Of a stretch of 64,000 nt of DNA, positions 1-10,862 are shown piece by piece. The number at the start of each line of letters is the position of its first letter. Positions within the stretch are counted from its first letter, which is position 1. Below the pieces are notes generated by a model, which saw only the letters and a program-made list of their open reading frames with translations, ran no database searches and had not been told where the DNA came from. A program made the position numbers and the translations under genes. The DNA lies in contig CAYGRT010000013.1 in NCBI GenBank assembly GCA_964352355.1, positions 6,828 through 70,827 of the forward strand. Direction: 5' to 3'. This DNA comes from an uncultured Pseudohongiella sp. (lineage in GTDB: Bacteria > Pseudomonadota > Gammaproteobacteria > Pseudomonadales > Pseudohongiellaceae).

Positions 1-546
1 TTGATTAGTAACCAGTAATACAGAAGTCTGTATTTGTTGGTTTTACTGACTTTGGTTGGTTGTTATCATGACAAACATCTAAAGGGGCAAGACCAATGGG
101 AATTAAGTTGAGTGTCAGGCAATTGCTCTTGGGTTTGGTCAGTCTTGCAATATGTGCCCCGTCAACTAAAGATACTCGTGATAACGCATTAGTTATTTTT
201 GCCCGGGCTGAGCAGCAATATTTACCATGGAGTTCAAGGTGATAGTGTTTGGGCTCTCGGTGCGCAATTTGGCAGCAGCGTGGATATCTCAATCGACGGT
301 ACTGAGTGCATAATCACAAGCAACAGCATCCCCAACTATGATTTCAACGATTGCTATTCCGCATTCGCCACAAAAGTTTAAACAAGCGGAGAATCTTGTT
401 GGTGCCTTCACTTTTCTGGGGGTCAACTTAACACTCTGCATTAAGGAAATGGCTATGGGCTTTTGTGAGTGCCCAACAATTAATCCAACTGTGGCATAGG
501 CCAGCTAAACATCGTACTCTTGAGATCACATTCAAGGAGGCTAGGC

Positions 547-2151
547 ATGCTCAAATTTAATTACTCACTCTTGCTTTGTATCTTTCTAACAATCACTAGC
601 AGTGTTGGCTATGGACAAACTGGCGGCGGGCTAACTGGCCTGAAAGCTGATGCTGCCAACACAATTGATGATAAGGCCAAACTTGTTCAAGAAATTATTG
701 ATAGCTTGTTTTCATTTTCTGAGCTCGGTTTCCAAGAATTTGAAACTCAATCCTATCTCACAAAAATTTTAGCCGACAATGGTTTCGACATTGAATTAGG
801 AGTAGCAGGAATACCTTCTTCATGGTGGGCCAGTTGGGGCAGCGGTTCTCCAGTAATTGCGCTGGGCTCTGATGTTGACGGAATTCCTCGAGCCTCTCAG
901 TTACCAGGTGTTGCCTATCGCCAGCCTATGATAGAAGGTGCCCCCGGTCATGGCGAAGGTCACAACTCAGGACAGGCTGTAAACATCGTCGCAGCACTGG
1001 CTGTAAAAGAAATCATGGAAAGAGAAAACCTTCCCGGCACCATCGTACTTTGGCCGGGCATCGCCGAAGAATTGCTCGCCACGAAAGCTTGGTATGCTAG
1101 AGATGGCTTGTTCGACGGTGTTGATGCGGTTCTGTTTACTCACGTTAGTAATAATATGAATGTTAGTTGGGGCGATGCCACAGGCACCGGTTTGGTTTCT
1201 GTGGAGTATTTATTTGATGGTGTTGCTGCGCACGGCGCGGGTGACCCCTGGAAAGGGCGCAGTGCTTTAGACGCCGTCGAGTTAATGAATGTAGCTTGGA
1301 ACTTTCGCCGCGAGCACCTACATCCATTGCAACGCTCTCACTACGTGATTAGCAATGGTGGTGACCAACCTAACGTAGTGCCGTCCTATGCAAGCGTATG
1401 GTACTTTATTAGAGAGATCACGGCCGAAAATATACGCGAGAACTTCGCCACACTGCAACGAATTGCCGAAGGCGCCGCCATGATGACCGATACGACAGTC
1501 AGTCGAAAGATTGTCGGCGCAGCTTGGCCTCGACATTTTAACAAGCCCATTGCACTGGCAATGGATGACAATATTAAAGCCGTTGGATTACCCACTTGGT
1601 CAGAAGATGATCAGCGTTTTGCTAAAGCGCTGCAAACCCTACTAGGCTCAGACAACCCGACCGGACTCGCCACAGAACTTTCTGGCATCGGCGAGCCACC
1701 TGAATCTCCCGTATCCGGCGGCTCCGACGATATCGGCGATGTCTCTTGGAATGTACCTACGGTTACTTTACGCTACCCCTCAAACGTGCGGGGACTGCAG
1801 GGGCACCATTGGTCTAGCGCCATGGCGATGGCGACGCCTATCGCACACAAAGGCGCTGTGTCTGGCGCAAAGGTAATAGCAGCAACAATGCTTGACTTGA
1901 TTCAAGATGAAACACTGGTTGCTGATGCCCGAACTTACTTCGAAGACGTGCAAACTGCCGAGGTTCAATATGAGCCTTTTATTGGCCCAGACGACGCCCC
2001 CGCGATTGAAAAAAACGCTGAGATTATGGCGCAGTACAAACCACTTTTACAGCAGATGTACTACGACTCATCCCGATTCGATACCTACCTTGATCAACTA
2101 GGAATTGAATACCCACAACTGGAACCAACGGTGATCCAAAGAAACCAATAG
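547..2151 (+). CDS. Secreted M20-family metallopeptidase/amidohydrolase (AbgB-like)
   Basis: ORF 520..2151. I prefer the ATG at 547 because AAGGAGG lies at 534-540. The N-terminus is hydrophobic and signal-like (LLLCIFLTITSSVGYG). The motif APGHGEGHNSGQA resembles the PGHGCGHN metal-binding motif of AbgB-type M20 amidohydrolases. Confidence 0.7.
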   Translation: MLKFNYSLLLCIFLTITSSVGYGQTGGGLTGLKADAANTIDDKAKLVQEIIDSLFSFSELGFQEFETQSYLTKILADNGFDIELGVAGIPSSWWASWGSGSPVIALGSDVDGIPRASQLPGVAYRQPMIEGAPGHGEGHNSGQAVNIVAALAVKEIMERENLPGTIVLWPGIAEELLATKAWYARDGLFDGVDAVLFTHVSNNMNVSWGDATGTGLVSVEYLFDGVAAHGAGDPWKGRSALDAVELMNVAWNFRREHLHPLQRSHYVISNGGDQPNVVPSYASVWYFIREITAENIRENFATLQRIAEGAAMMTDTTVSRKIVGAAWPRHFNKPIALAMDDNIKAVGLPTWSEDDQRFAKALQTLLGSDNPTGLATELSGIGEPPESPVSGGSDDIGDVSWNVPTVTLRYPSNVRGLQGHHWSSAMAMATPIAHKGAVSGAKVIAATMLDLIQDETLVADARTYFEDVQTAEVQYEPFIGPDDAPAIEKNAEIMAQYKPLLQQMYYDSSRFDTYLDQLGIEYPQLEPTVIQRNQ

Positions 2152-2162
2152 GTCAAAATTAG

Positions 2163-2816
2163 GTGAAAAGTCGCGTTATCTGCAAGGCTCTAATAGCTGC
2201 ATGTTTCTTTTGGCAGCTAGGGTCGCCAAACGTTCTTTTGGCTCAAGATAGGATTCCTCGCCCTGCTCTTGATGCTGGTGAAATCATTCGCTCGGCGAAA
2301 CAGGGCTCCGGGAGAGAACTTACGGTATTGGCGCCCACCCTTACAGCCGGTGAAATCGATCAAGCGGTCTTAAATCGGCTTATGCAAGATATCGCCAAAC
2401 AACCTGAAACCGTCATGCAGGAACTACGGATCGAAGAGAATAAGCTGCAAGACATATTGATTAGCCTTTCTAATGCCCGTAGCTTTATCAATACTAACGA
2501 AATTGCCAGTATTAGGGTCATGTGCGACAGTTTCAAGCAATCAACCAAGGAGGGTGAACTTAGGGTTGCTGACGCTTTAGCAGCCTATAACCGGCGCAGC
2601 AATTACACCAAACAGTTTATTGCTAAGTTTTATAGCATCGTAGTGGCAGAGATAGAGAATGGTTTATCACCCCAAGCACTTGTATCATTTCAGTCTTATA
2701 TGGATGACCGGCGTCGCCGCATGGCCAGCGCTGGCAATGTCACCTTAGGTATACCCTCTCATAACGTGCGCAGTGGCATCGAAGCAGTTGAGTTTCACTG
2801 CGGCAAACCCCGCTAG
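2163..2816 (+). CDS. Hypothetical secreted protein
   Basis: 217-aa ORF with a GTG start 12 nt after the upstream stop. It has a signal-like N-terminus (ALIAACFFWQLGSPNVLLAQ). No family recognised. Confidence 0.5.
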   Translation: MKSRVICKALIAACFFWQLGSPNVLLAQDRIPRPALDAGEIIRSAKQGSGRELTVLAPTLTAGEIDQAVLNRLMQDIAKQPETVMQELRIEENKLQDILISLSNARSFINTNEIASIRVMCDSFKQSTKEGELRVADALAAYNRRSNYTKQFIAKFYSIVVAEIENGLSPQALVSFQSYMDDRRRRMASAGNVTLGIPSHNVRSGIEAVEFHCGKPR

Positions 2817-2836
2817 CAATCTTCAAAGGAAAAGTG

Positions 2837-3694
2837 ATGACCTATTCTTGTTTTACCGTATCAATCTCAAATCAGATCGCTCACGTTCAATTAAGCAGAC
2901 CAGAGCGCCGTAACAGTATGATTCCAGAGTTTTGGGACGAACTACCAATAATCATTGACGAGATAGAAAAAAGCGGACAAGCCCGCGTCATTGTCATCTC
3001 CTCTACCGGCCCACACTTTACCTCAGGTCTAGATACCAGTGTTTTTGGCACTACTATTTCGAATAAAGACAGCACTTTATCGTCACAGCAACAACAGCGA
3101 CTTAAGGGCTTAAAGCTTTATGAAACGATTCAGGTTATGCAAAAAACCTTCACTGCGTTAGAACAATCAAGGCTACCAGTTCTGGCGGCTATTCAAGGCG
3201 GGGCAATTGGCGGTGGTGTTGACCTCATTACAGCCTGTGACTTACGTTATATGACAAGCGATGGCTTCATCACCATTTTTGAAATAAATATTGGCATGAC
3301 CGCAGACGTTGGCACATTCCCTCGAATTTGCAAACTGATCCCTGAGGGTGTTGCGAAGGAATTAGCGTTTACCGGCAGACGGATGCACGCGGCTGAAGCA
3401 AAGGCTCAAGGGCTAGTTAACGAAATCTTCGAGTCTCATGAGGAGTTGCTTGCGGGAGTCATGTCTGTCGCTGAACAGATCGCAAACAAAGCACCTCTCG
3501 CGACTTATGGCACTAAACGAATCATAAATTATGCTCGAGACCACAGCACCGCCGATAGCTTAGATTATATCGGCATCTGGAATGCCAGCATGCTGCAGCA
3601 CGATGAAATTCAAGAAGCGATGGCCGCAAGCAAAGAAAAACGGACCGGGGATTTTGTAGATCTGCCGCCGAAAAAGCACAAGCTAGGCAACTAG
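2837..3694 (+). CDS. Enoyl-CoA hydratase/isomerase (crotonase) family protein
   Basis: Crotonase-fold signature AAIQGGAIGGGVDLITACDLRY and length of about 285 aa. ATG at 2837 follows AAGGAAAA. Confidence 0.8.
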   Translation: MTYSCFTVSISNQIAHVQLSRPERRNSMIPEFWDELPIIIDEIEKSGQARVIVISSTGPHFTSGLDTSVFGTTISNKDSTLSSQQQQRLKGLKLYETIQVMQKTFTALEQSRLPVLAAIQGGAIGGGVDLITACDLRYMTSDGFITIFEINIGMTADVGTFPRICKLIPEGVAKELAFTGRRMHAAEAKAQGLVNEIFESHEELLAGVMSVAEQIANKAPLATYGTKRIINYARDHSTADSLDYIGIWNASMLQHDEIQEAMAASKEKRTGDFVDLPPKKHKLGN

Positions 3695-3815
3695 CCTTGC
3701 AAGGATGAAAGCGAGCGTCACCGTCAACGCGCAGCTCTCAATTTGAGCCTTCGCTAAGATAGACATTTTTGATGAAGACTTTTACTCTAGACCAATAATT
3801 AAAAGAGGCAAGGTT

Positions 3816-4916
3816 ATGCCCACTTACATTCACAGTGATCTCCCCATTATTTGCCGCTGTTTACGTAACATCGCATGGGCCGTCTGCATTAGCCTGCTCG
3901 CTACCCCGTTTAGCTCAGCCAAAGAACCGGCGCCAACTGGCGTCACCATCACGCGGCTCGGTAATGGCCCAATCATTACGCCGAGTCTTCACCTTAGCAT
4001 TGGTGAAAATATTCAAGGCCCCTCATTAATTAAGGTTCCCGAGTGGGTAGAAAACCCTTTAGGTAACTACTATTTATACTTTGCCGATCATAAAGGGCTC
4101 TACATTCGTCTTGCCTACGCTGATGCCCTGCTGGGGCCATGGCACATCTATGAACCTGGCAGTTTAGCCATCGAAGACTCATTCTTTGCCCCAACTAGAC
4201 CTCCTATTAGCCCAGAGCGGCTTGCGGAACTCGTAGCCGCGCGCGAAGCGAGTGGCGTCCAAATCATGCATGATTACGCCAAAGAACTTACCGAACCCCA
4301 TATCGCCTCACCCGATGTGCATGTTGATGAGGAGAATAAGCAAATTGTAATGTACTACCATGGACTTGAAGCTGCTGCGTTTCAACATTCACGTGTTGCT
4401 GTATCAAAGGATGGCATTACATTCACGGCCCGAGAAGAAAACATTGGCAAGACTTACTTTAGAAAATTTGACTATCAAAACATGTCTTACGCCATATCAA
4501 TGCCTGGTCAGTTTTACCGGTCAATGGATGGGCTAAGCAACTTCGAAGCTGGGCCACTGCTGTTTGAGCCAACTATGCGACATAGTGCTGTTATCGTTAA
4601 AGATGACACTTTGTATGTTTTCTGGACTCGGGTGGGAGACGCTCCTGAATCAATTTTACTCAGCACCATTGATTTGCGGGGTGATTGGATGGATTGGGAA
4701 GAATCCGAGGAGACACTACTGCTGCAACCGGAGTTTGACTGGGAAGGTGCTAGCGCAGCAATTGAACCATCTGTCCGCAGTACAGCGTATGGACTAGTTA
4801 ACCAATTAAGAGACCCAGCAATATACAGTGAAGACGACGAGCTGTACCTGCTTTATGCTGTAGCAGGAGAGAGCGGAATCGCTTTAGCAAGGGTATCCAT
4901 TACTCCCAAGAGATAG
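3816..4916 (+). CDS. Secreted hypothetical protein, possibly a beta-propeller glycoside-hydrolase-like fold
   Basis: 366-aa ORF with a signal-like N-terminus. Repeated blade-like segments (YYLYFADHKG, VMYYHG, LYVFWTRVG, RDPAIY..LYLLYAV) are reminiscent of GH43/GH32-type five-bladed propellers. The fold call is tentative. Confidence 0.45.
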   Translation: MPTYIHSDLPIICRCLRNIAWAVCISLLATPFSSAKEPAPTGVTITRLGNGPIITPSLHLSIGENIQGPSLIKVPEWVENPLGNYYLYFADHKGLYIRLAYADALLGPWHIYEPGSLAIEDSFFAPTRPPISPERLAELVAAREASGVQIMHDYAKELTEPHIASPDVHVDEENKQIVMYYHGLEAAAFQHSRVAVSKDGITFTAREENIGKTYFRKFDYQNMSYAISMPGQFYRSMDGLSNFEAGPLLFEPTMRHSAVIVKDDTLYVFWTRVGDAPESILLSTIDLRGDWMDWEESEETLLLQPEFDWEGASAAIEPSVRSTAYGLVNQLRDPAIYSEDDELYLLYAVAGESGIALARVSITPKR

Positions 4917-4920
4917 TTTT

Positions 4921-5790
4921 ATGAAGCCAATCATAGGCATTCTAGTCATTATCATCCTCAGCAGCGCACTCATTTTCGCAGGTAACCAAGGCAGTGTTTC
5001 TGTTTCTGGGCTGCCACTATTTTTTCTCTGTGCTAGCGTTGGCTTTATTCTACACTGGGCGGTTTTTATTCCGTCATTTGCATTGCAGACCGAGCACTAC
5101 TTTGATCTAACCGGTTCTATTTCCTACCTCTGTACCGTGCTGCTTGCGTATATATTGCACCCGGGCATCACGACTCGTGGATTAGTTATTTGCGTGCTTG
5201 TGGCCGTTTGGGCAATCAGGCTTGGTAGCTTCCTTTTCATTCGAGTAAAAAAAGCCGGACAAGATCGCAGGTTTACTGAAATTAAGAAGCGCTTCTTTCG
5301 TTTCCTGTTTACCTGGACGCTTGGTGGCGCTTGGGTTTTCGTCACGTTAGCGGCCGGCCTTGGCGCCATCACCTCGAGCATCGACGTACCAGTGGGCGGA
5401 TTATTTTATCTTGGCCTTGCGCTGTGGATTCTTGGTTTCGCAATCGAAGTGATTGCAGACCGCCAGAAGACTCTGTTCCGAAAAGATCCAGCCAACACCG
5501 AGTCTTTCATCACGACTGGACTATGGAAGTATTCTCGCCACCCTAATTACTTTGGTGAGATCGTGCTTTGGCTGGGTATCGCAATTATCGCCCTGCCGGT
5601 TTTATCTGGATGGCAGTTGGCGACCCTTATTTCGCCACTGTTTGTGTTCCTGTTACTTACTCGCGTTAGTGGCATCCCCATGCTGGAAAAAAGCGGGCAG
5701 GAGCGCTGGGGGGCTGATCCTAACTATCAGACTTATGTTGCATCTACCTCTTCCCTAGTGCCGCTTCCACCAAAGTCTTTGCCTGTTTAA
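4921..5790 (+). CDS. DUF1295 / steroid-5-alpha-reductase-like polytopic membrane protein
   Basis: Multiple predicted TM helices. The C-terminal motif GLWKYSRHPNYFGEIVLW is typical of the DUF1295/ICMT-like superfamily. It starts 4 nt after the upstream stop, so it is probably co-transcribed. Confidence 0.65.
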   Translation: MKPIIGILVIIILSSALIFAGNQGSVSVSGLPLFFLCASVGFILHWAVFIPSFALQTEHYFDLTGSISYLCTVLLAYILHPGITTRGLVICVLVAVWAIRLGSFLFIRVKKAGQDRRFTEIKKRFFRFLFTWTLGGAWVFVTLAAGLGAITSSIDVPVGGLFYLGLALWILGFAIEVIADRQKTLFRKDPANTESFITTGLWKYSRHPNYFGEIVLWLGIAIIALPVLSGWQLATLISPLFVFLLLTRVSGIPMLEKSGQERWGADPNYQTYVASTSSLVPLPPKSLPV

Positions 5791-5855
5791 GCCGAAGGTT
5801 TATTGAAGCGCCTCCCATGATCATCTAAGCTAGCGGGCCACAGGAGAGGGCTCGT

Positions 5856-7415
5856 ATGTCTTGGCAAAACGAAATTGATGAACTGAAACGCCGCGCCGAC
5901 CTAGCGAAGCAAATGGGCGGTGCTGAAAGAGTCAAACGTCAACATGACAATGGCAGACTCACCGTACGGGAGCGCATTCATGCACTCGTGGACCCAGATT
6001 CGTTTCACGAAATCGGTGCCCTCGCCGGAAAGGCAAACTATGCAGAAGACGGTGAAATTACAAGTTTCGTTCCCTCAAATTTTGTCCTAGGCACAGCGAC
6101 TCTGGATGGCCGCAAAGTTGTAATAGGAGGCGATGACTTTACCGTTCGAGGGGGCGCAGCGGATGCCAAAGTCGGCGATAAATCTGGCTATGGTGAGCGC
6201 TACGCGCTTGAAATGCGCTTGCCACTGATTCGGCTGATTGATGGATCTGGAGGTGGCGGCAGTGTCAAAACATTAGAAATGGCTGGTTACTCCTACATAC
6301 CTGAATTAAAAGGTTTCGAAACCACCATGAAATTACTCGGCCATGTGCCGGTCATTTGTGCTTGCATGGGGTCCGTAGCGGGGCTTGGCGCCGTACGAGT
6401 TACTATCTCCCACTTTTCAATTATGGTGAAAGATACCAGTCAATTATTCGTCGCCGGCCCTCCGGTGGTAGAAAGGAGTTTTGGCAAGCCTGTAGAGAAG
6501 AATCAGCTAGGGGGTTCTCAAATTCACGCCCATGGGAGCGGCGCAGTCGACAACGAAGTTGAAAGCGAAACTGAAGTGTTTACTCAAATCAGGCAGTTTC
6601 TAAGCTATCTACCCCAGAACGTTTGGCAAATACCACCACGGCATCAAATCGAGGACCCTGTGACTCGTCGAGAGGAGTCATTGCTATCGGTAATCCCCAG
6701 AAATAGGCGCCAAATATACCAAATTAGGGATGTTATTCATCCTATTGTGGATAAAGACTCTTTTTTCGAGTTAAACACCGGGTTTGGTGAATCATTAGTA
6801 GTAGGGCTTGCTAGATTGAATGGGTATTCAGTCGGCGTGATGGCGAATGACACCCAGTTTCATGGTGGTGCTGTCGATGCTTCCGCGGCTGAGAAAATGA
6901 TGCGCTTTGTTGACCTCTGCGATACGTTTCATTTGCCCGTAATCAACTTCGTCGATAACCCCGGCTTTCTGATAGGAATTAAAGCTGAACAAGAAGGCAC
7001 CGTAAGACTAGGCAGTCGCGCATTGATGGCCTGCTTACAAGCTACAGTGCCTTGGGTGTCGATCATCATTAGACGCTGCTATGGTGTTGCCGGCGCTGGC
7101 CATGGCAACGCAGACCGGCTTAATCTGCGCTATGCGTGGCCCTCGGCGGATTGGGGCTCGTTGCCAATAGAAGGCGGAGTTCAGGCCGCCTATCGACGGG
7201 AAATTGAGGCCGCAGATAATCCAGATGCAAAGCGCAAGGAAATAGAAGACAGTTTGGAAAAGTACCGATCGCCACTTCGCACCGCAGAAGCCTTCGGCAT
7301 TGAAGAAGTGATCGACCCACGGGATACGCGCCCTTTGCTTTGCGAATGGGTGGAGCTAGCCTACCAGTTACTGCCCAGTCAATTAGGCCCCAAAGCTAGA
7401 GTTACCCGCCCCTAA
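5856..7415 (+). CDS. Acyl-CoA carboxylase carboxyltransferase (beta) subunit
   Basis: 519 aa, with GGAGAGG as RBS. It has the typical carboxyl-transferase two-domain layout (GGDDFTVRGGA...; VGVMANDTQFHGGAVD...; FVDNPGF). Confidence 0.85.
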   Translation: MSWQNEIDELKRRADLAKQMGGAERVKRQHDNGRLTVRERIHALVDPDSFHEIGALAGKANYAEDGEITSFVPSNFVLGTATLDGRKVVIGGDDFTVRGGAADAKVGDKSGYGERYALEMRLPLIRLIDGSGGGGSVKTLEMAGYSYIPELKGFETTMKLLGHVPVICACMGSVAGLGAVRVTISHFSIMVKDTSQLFVAGPPVVERSFGKPVEKNQLGGSQIHAHGSGAVDNEVESETEVFTQIRQFLSYLPQNVWQIPPRHQIEDPVTRREESLLSVIPRNRRQIYQIRDVIHPIVDKDSFFELNTGFGESLVVGLARLNGYSVGVMANDTQFHGGAVDASAAEKMMRFVDLCDTFHLPVINFVDNPGFLIGIKAEQEGTVRLGSRALMACLQATVPWVSIIIRRCYGVAGAGHGNADRLNLRYAWPSADWGSLPIEGGVQAAYRREIEAADNPDAKRKEIEDSLEKYRSPLRTAEAFGIEEVIDPRDTRPLLCEWVELAYQLLPSQLGPKARVTRP

Positions 7416-7517
7416 ATAGGGAAGAAGCCTGAATGTCGAGCATTAGCTCAATATTGGAACTGGAAATTCTCGCCAGACTATTTTACTGTAAGGCAAGTCG
7501 ATCTCCGAGGAAGCATT

Positions 7518-7787
7518 ATGACACGACAATTGCTTGTTTTTTTCTTAGCTCTCCCGTTCGCCGCCTGTCAGACCGTGCCGTCCTTCAATAGAATGTCCGA
7601 TCAAGAGATTTTGGCGTTCAATGTAGGCCGCTCCCCGGCTGAGCAAGTGATCTGCGTAGAACGCACGTCTCTGTCCAGCAGAATACCAAGACGTGAATGC
7701 AACACCCGAGCCGCCTTCTATGAAGAGAGTATGATCAATGCTGGGTTTATCAATACCGCCAGCGCTGGCCTGCCGACGTTTAGGTAG
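7518..7787 (+). CDS. Small putative lipoprotein
   Basis: 89 aa, with GAGGAAG as RBS and a lipobox-like sequence LPFAAC near the N-terminus. No family recognised. Confidence 0.45.
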   Translation: MTRQLLVFFLALPFAACQTVPSFNRMSDQEILAFNVGRSPAEQVICVERTSLSSRIPRRECNTRAAFYEESMINAGFINTASAGLPTFR

Positions 7788-7924
7788 CGTGAGAGTCACT
7801 TTAAGCGAATAGCCTACTTATTACTGCAAACCGCTGTGGATTTTTATTCCACCCACCCTGAGCTGTTGGCTGTTTAAATACTGTCATTCTGCGATAACGC
7901 AATGTTTAGATTGCAGGTAATTTC

Positions 7925-8893
7925 ATGAAAGCTGTTCGAGTCAATCAACAGGGCGATCCCGATGTACTATCTCTCGAAGACCTCCCTACCCCAACCCTTG
8001 AGGGCGACCAGTGCCTTGTCGAGATAGCTGCCATCGGCGTCAATTTTATCGACACCTACCAGCGTTCTGGACTTTATAAAATACCACTGCCTTCCACTCT
8101 TGGCCTTGAAGCGGCCGGCACTATTGCAGCTGTGGGAGCGGGCGTCACCCGCTTCAAGGTTGGCGACCGGGTTGCTTACACAAACGTGCCAGGCGCCTAT
8201 GCCGAATATGCCGCTGTTCCTGAGGCCAAACTCGTCTCTCTGGATGAAGGCGTAACGTTTCAGCAGGGTGCCGCCATTATGCTGCAAGGGTGCACAGCGC
8301 ATTTTCTGTCTCATTCCACCTACCCTGTAAAACCCGGCGACACCTGCCTTGTCCATGCCGCTGCTGGCGGGGTTGGGCTCTTGCTGACGCAAATGATAAA
8401 AATGCGAGGCGGCATTGTCATCGGCACGGTATCAACAACAGCCAAGGCAGAGCTGGCCAAATCAGCCGGTGCAGATCATATTGTGCTGTACAAAGACTGC
8501 GATTTTGAAGAAGCCGTGCGTTCACTCACCCAAGGCCGCGGCGTCAATGTCGCCTTCGACTCAGTCGGCAAGACCACTTTCGAAAAGAGTATCAATTGCT
8601 TAGCCAAACTGGGCATGATGGTGCTCTATGGCAATGCAAGTGGCCCGGTGACTGAATTTAATCCAGCGACGCTAGGGCCTAAGGGCTCCCTTTTTCTAAC
8701 TAGGCCAACGGTGTTCGATTATTTAGCGGATCGAGCAACGCTAGAGTGGCGCAGCAATGATTTGTTTCAGTGGGTGGCTGAAGGTAAATTATCCCTGCGA
8801 CTAGAACACAGCTACGCCCTGGCCGATGCCAGTTTGGCTCATAGCGATTTGGAGATGCGGAAAACTACTGGAAAATTGCTGCTAATTCCCTAA
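7925..8893 (+). CDS. qor: NADPH:quinone oxidoreductase (zeta-crystallin-type MDR)
   Basis: 322 aa. The layout is typical of Qor: N-terminal GroES-like region, nucleotide-binding motif AAAGGVGLLL, and C-terminal end TGKLLLIP. Confidence 0.8.
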   Translation: MKAVRVNQQGDPDVLSLEDLPTPTLEGDQCLVEIAAIGVNFIDTYQRSGLYKIPLPSTLGLEAAGTIAAVGAGVTRFKVGDRVAYTNVPGAYAEYAAVPEAKLVSLDEGVTFQQGAAIMLQGCTAHFLSHSTYPVKPGDTCLVHAAAGGVGLLLTQMIKMRGGIVIGTVSTTAKAELAKSAGADHIVLYKDCDFEEAVRSLTQGRGVNVAFDSVGKTTFEKSINCLAKLGMMVLYGNASGPVTEFNPATLGPKGSLFLTRPTVFDYLADRATLEWRSNDLFQWVAEGKLSLRLEHSYALADASLAHSDLEMRKTTGKLLLIP

Positions 8894-8962
8894 TTTCGCC
8901 AAGCCAGAGCTTTTAATTTATCATAGCCACTTTATCCCATCATCTAACGACGAGACTCAGAA

Positions 8963-9847
8963 ATGTTAAAGACAAGCAAAATCCTATTATGCGCAGTGCT
9001 CTGCGCCTTGACGCAGTTCGCTTCAGCTCAATCAATTGATCTTGGCCGGGGTGAATTACCGCTAACAGTTCCTGCCCATTACAATCCGGACACCCCATCG
9101 CCACTAATTGTATTACTGCATGGCTACACCTCAAGTGGCGCCCAACAAGATTCCTACATGGGCTTTAGCAAGCTAGCCAACAAGTATGGCTTTTTGTTTG
9201 TCGCACCAGACGGCAATAAAGAACCTGGCGGCGATGAGAATCGATTCTGGAATGCTTCACCAGCGTGCTGCGATTTTTTTGCCACCGGAGTCGATGACTC
9301 AGCCTACGTGCTTGATGTTATTAACGCGGTGAAACAAGACTACAACGTGGACCCAAATCGAGTATTTCTAATAGGCCATTCTAACGGGGGGTTTCTTTCC
9401 TATAGAGCCGCCTATGATCACTCCGACACCATAGCTGCTATTGCAAGTCTAGCAGGGGCGAATCATGTTGAAGAACGGGAGCCACCAAGCAGCCCAGTGC
9501 ATATTCTGCAAATCCATGGCACTGCTGATGGCACAATTGCTTATGAAGGCTTTCAAATACGTGGCAACTACTATCCTAGCGCGTTGGATTCAGTCAAAGC
9601 ATGGGCGAAATACAATGGCTGCAGCGACGAAGGCGCAGCTCGCGAGCTTAGAGATTTGGATGCGAATATAGAGGGCCACGAATCTAGCGTGATTTCGTTC
9701 AAGAGTGGGTGCCAAGTCGGCGGCTCTAGCGAGTTATGGACTATCGCTGAAGGGTCACACGTTCCGCCATTATCTGCGTCGTTTAGTGAACAAGTAGTGG
9801 AATGGCTTTTTGCCCACCCTAAAACCAGCGCTAGCTTCTCTGACTAA
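8963..9847 (+). CDS. Secreted esterase, PHB-depolymerase (LpqC-like) family
   Basis: Signal peptide (LCAVLCALTQFASAQ). Motifs LLHGYTSSG and the nucleophile elbow GHSNGG, followed by IHGTADG. Confidence 0.65.
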   Translation: MLKTSKILLCAVLCALTQFASAQSIDLGRGELPLTVPAHYNPDTPSPLIVLLHGYTSSGAQQDSYMGFSKLANKYGFLFVAPDGNKEPGGDENRFWNASPACCDFFATGVDDSAYVLDVINAVKQDYNVDPNRVFLIGHSNGGFLSYRAAYDHSDTIAAIASLAGANHVEEREPPSSPVHILQIHGTADGTIAYEGFQIRGNYYPSALDSVKAWAKYNGCSDEGAARELRDLDANIEGHESSVISFKSGCQVGGSSELWTIAEGSHVPPLSASFSEQVVEWLFAHPKTSASFSD

Positions 9848-10026
9848 CATTTGCACGATTTAAAAGTAGCGAGCAGGAAGCAGTCTGCACCGGCAGAGGC
9901 CAATTAAGCTGCTTGAATACTCTCATGTTAGTAAGGGTTAGCAAGTAGCCATCAAGGTGTTACCCATGTCTATCGGGCTCCTTGGTGGCTCCAAACCATA
10001 CAATAACACTCTAGGCGATCCAAACT

Positions 10027-10830
10027 ATGTTCGTAAAATCAACTCGCAGCAAAAACCTTTACAGACTACTCGCCTGCTCTGCCAGCTTAGTAGGATTCCT
10101 TGGCAACCAAAGCTTGGCTGCAGATGAGTCTTGGATAGACCTATTCAACGGCAAAGACCTCGACAACTGGACTGTAAAATTCACTGGTTATGAATTAGGC
10201 CACAATCATCTAGACACCTTCCGAGTGGAAGACGGTCTCCTAGTGGTTAGTTATGACAACTGGCCCGATTTCAACAACGAATTTGGACACATGTTTTATA
10301 ACGAGGAGTTCTCTTACTATAATCTTCGGGTGGAGTATCGGTTTATAGGCGACCAAGTCACCAATGGCCCGGAGTGGGCTTTCAGAAACAATGGCATGAT
10401 GCTTCACAGTCAAGACCCTAGTTCGATGCAAGTCGAACAAGAATTTCCCGTCTCAATAGAAGCTCAAATGTTAGGGGGTAATGGCACCGATGCAAGACCC
10501 ACTGGCAACGTGTGTACGCCAGGGACCAATATGGTAATGGCCGGTGAACTTATCACCAGACACTGCACAAATTCCACCTCAGAGACTATTCACGGCGATC
10601 AATGGGTAACTATGGAGATGGAGGTGCGTGGCAGCGAATCCATCAAACAGATCGTTAATGGGGTTTTAGTCTTGGAGTACCAAGATATTCAACTGGACCC
10701 TCAGGATAAAGATGCGCAACGTTTATTAGCAAAAGGCGCGCCTCTAATGTTGGATCGTGGATATATTTCAATTCAGGCCGAAAGCCACCCTATCGAGTTT
10801 CGCAAAATTGCGATTCAATTAATTGAGTAG
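10027..10830 (+). CDS. DUF1080 (3-keto-disaccharide-hydrolase-like, concanavalin-type) secreted protein
   Basis: Signal peptide. The start WIDLFNGKDLDNW and the end GYISIQAESHPIEFRKIAI are both typical of DUF1080. Confidence 0.6.
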   Translation: MFVKSTRSKNLYRLLACSASLVGFLGNQSLAADESWIDLFNGKDLDNWTVKFTGYELGHNHLDTFRVEDGLLVVSYDNWPDFNNEFGHMFYNEEFSYYNLRVEYRFIGDQVTNGPEWAFRNNGMMLHSQDPSSMQVEQEFPVSIEAQMLGGNGTDARPTGNVCTPGTNMVMAGELITRHCTNSTSETIHGDQWVTMEMEVRGSESIKQIVNGVLVLEYQDIQLDPQDKDAQRLLAKGAPLMLDRGYISIQAESHPIEFRKIAIQLIE

Positions 10831-10862
10831 CTATTCGTGGTGTTGTTAACAGTGCCGGTACA

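Noticed and set aside
1-519. ORFs 5..292 (-) and 199..381 (+) at the window edge. The latter contains ITSNSIPNYDF, faintly reminiscent of YHYH-domain lipoproteins.
   Set aside because: Both are short and have no RBS or recognisable full domain. The + ORF is bounded by a stop at 190-192 and starts with TTG. At best it is a gene remnant, and the sequence alone does not support a call.
5856-7415. A stand-alone carboxyltransferase subunit without a biotin carboxylase/BCCP partner, as a possible anomaly.
   Set aside because: Partner subunits are frequently encoded elsewhere in the genome, so this is not unusual enough to flag.
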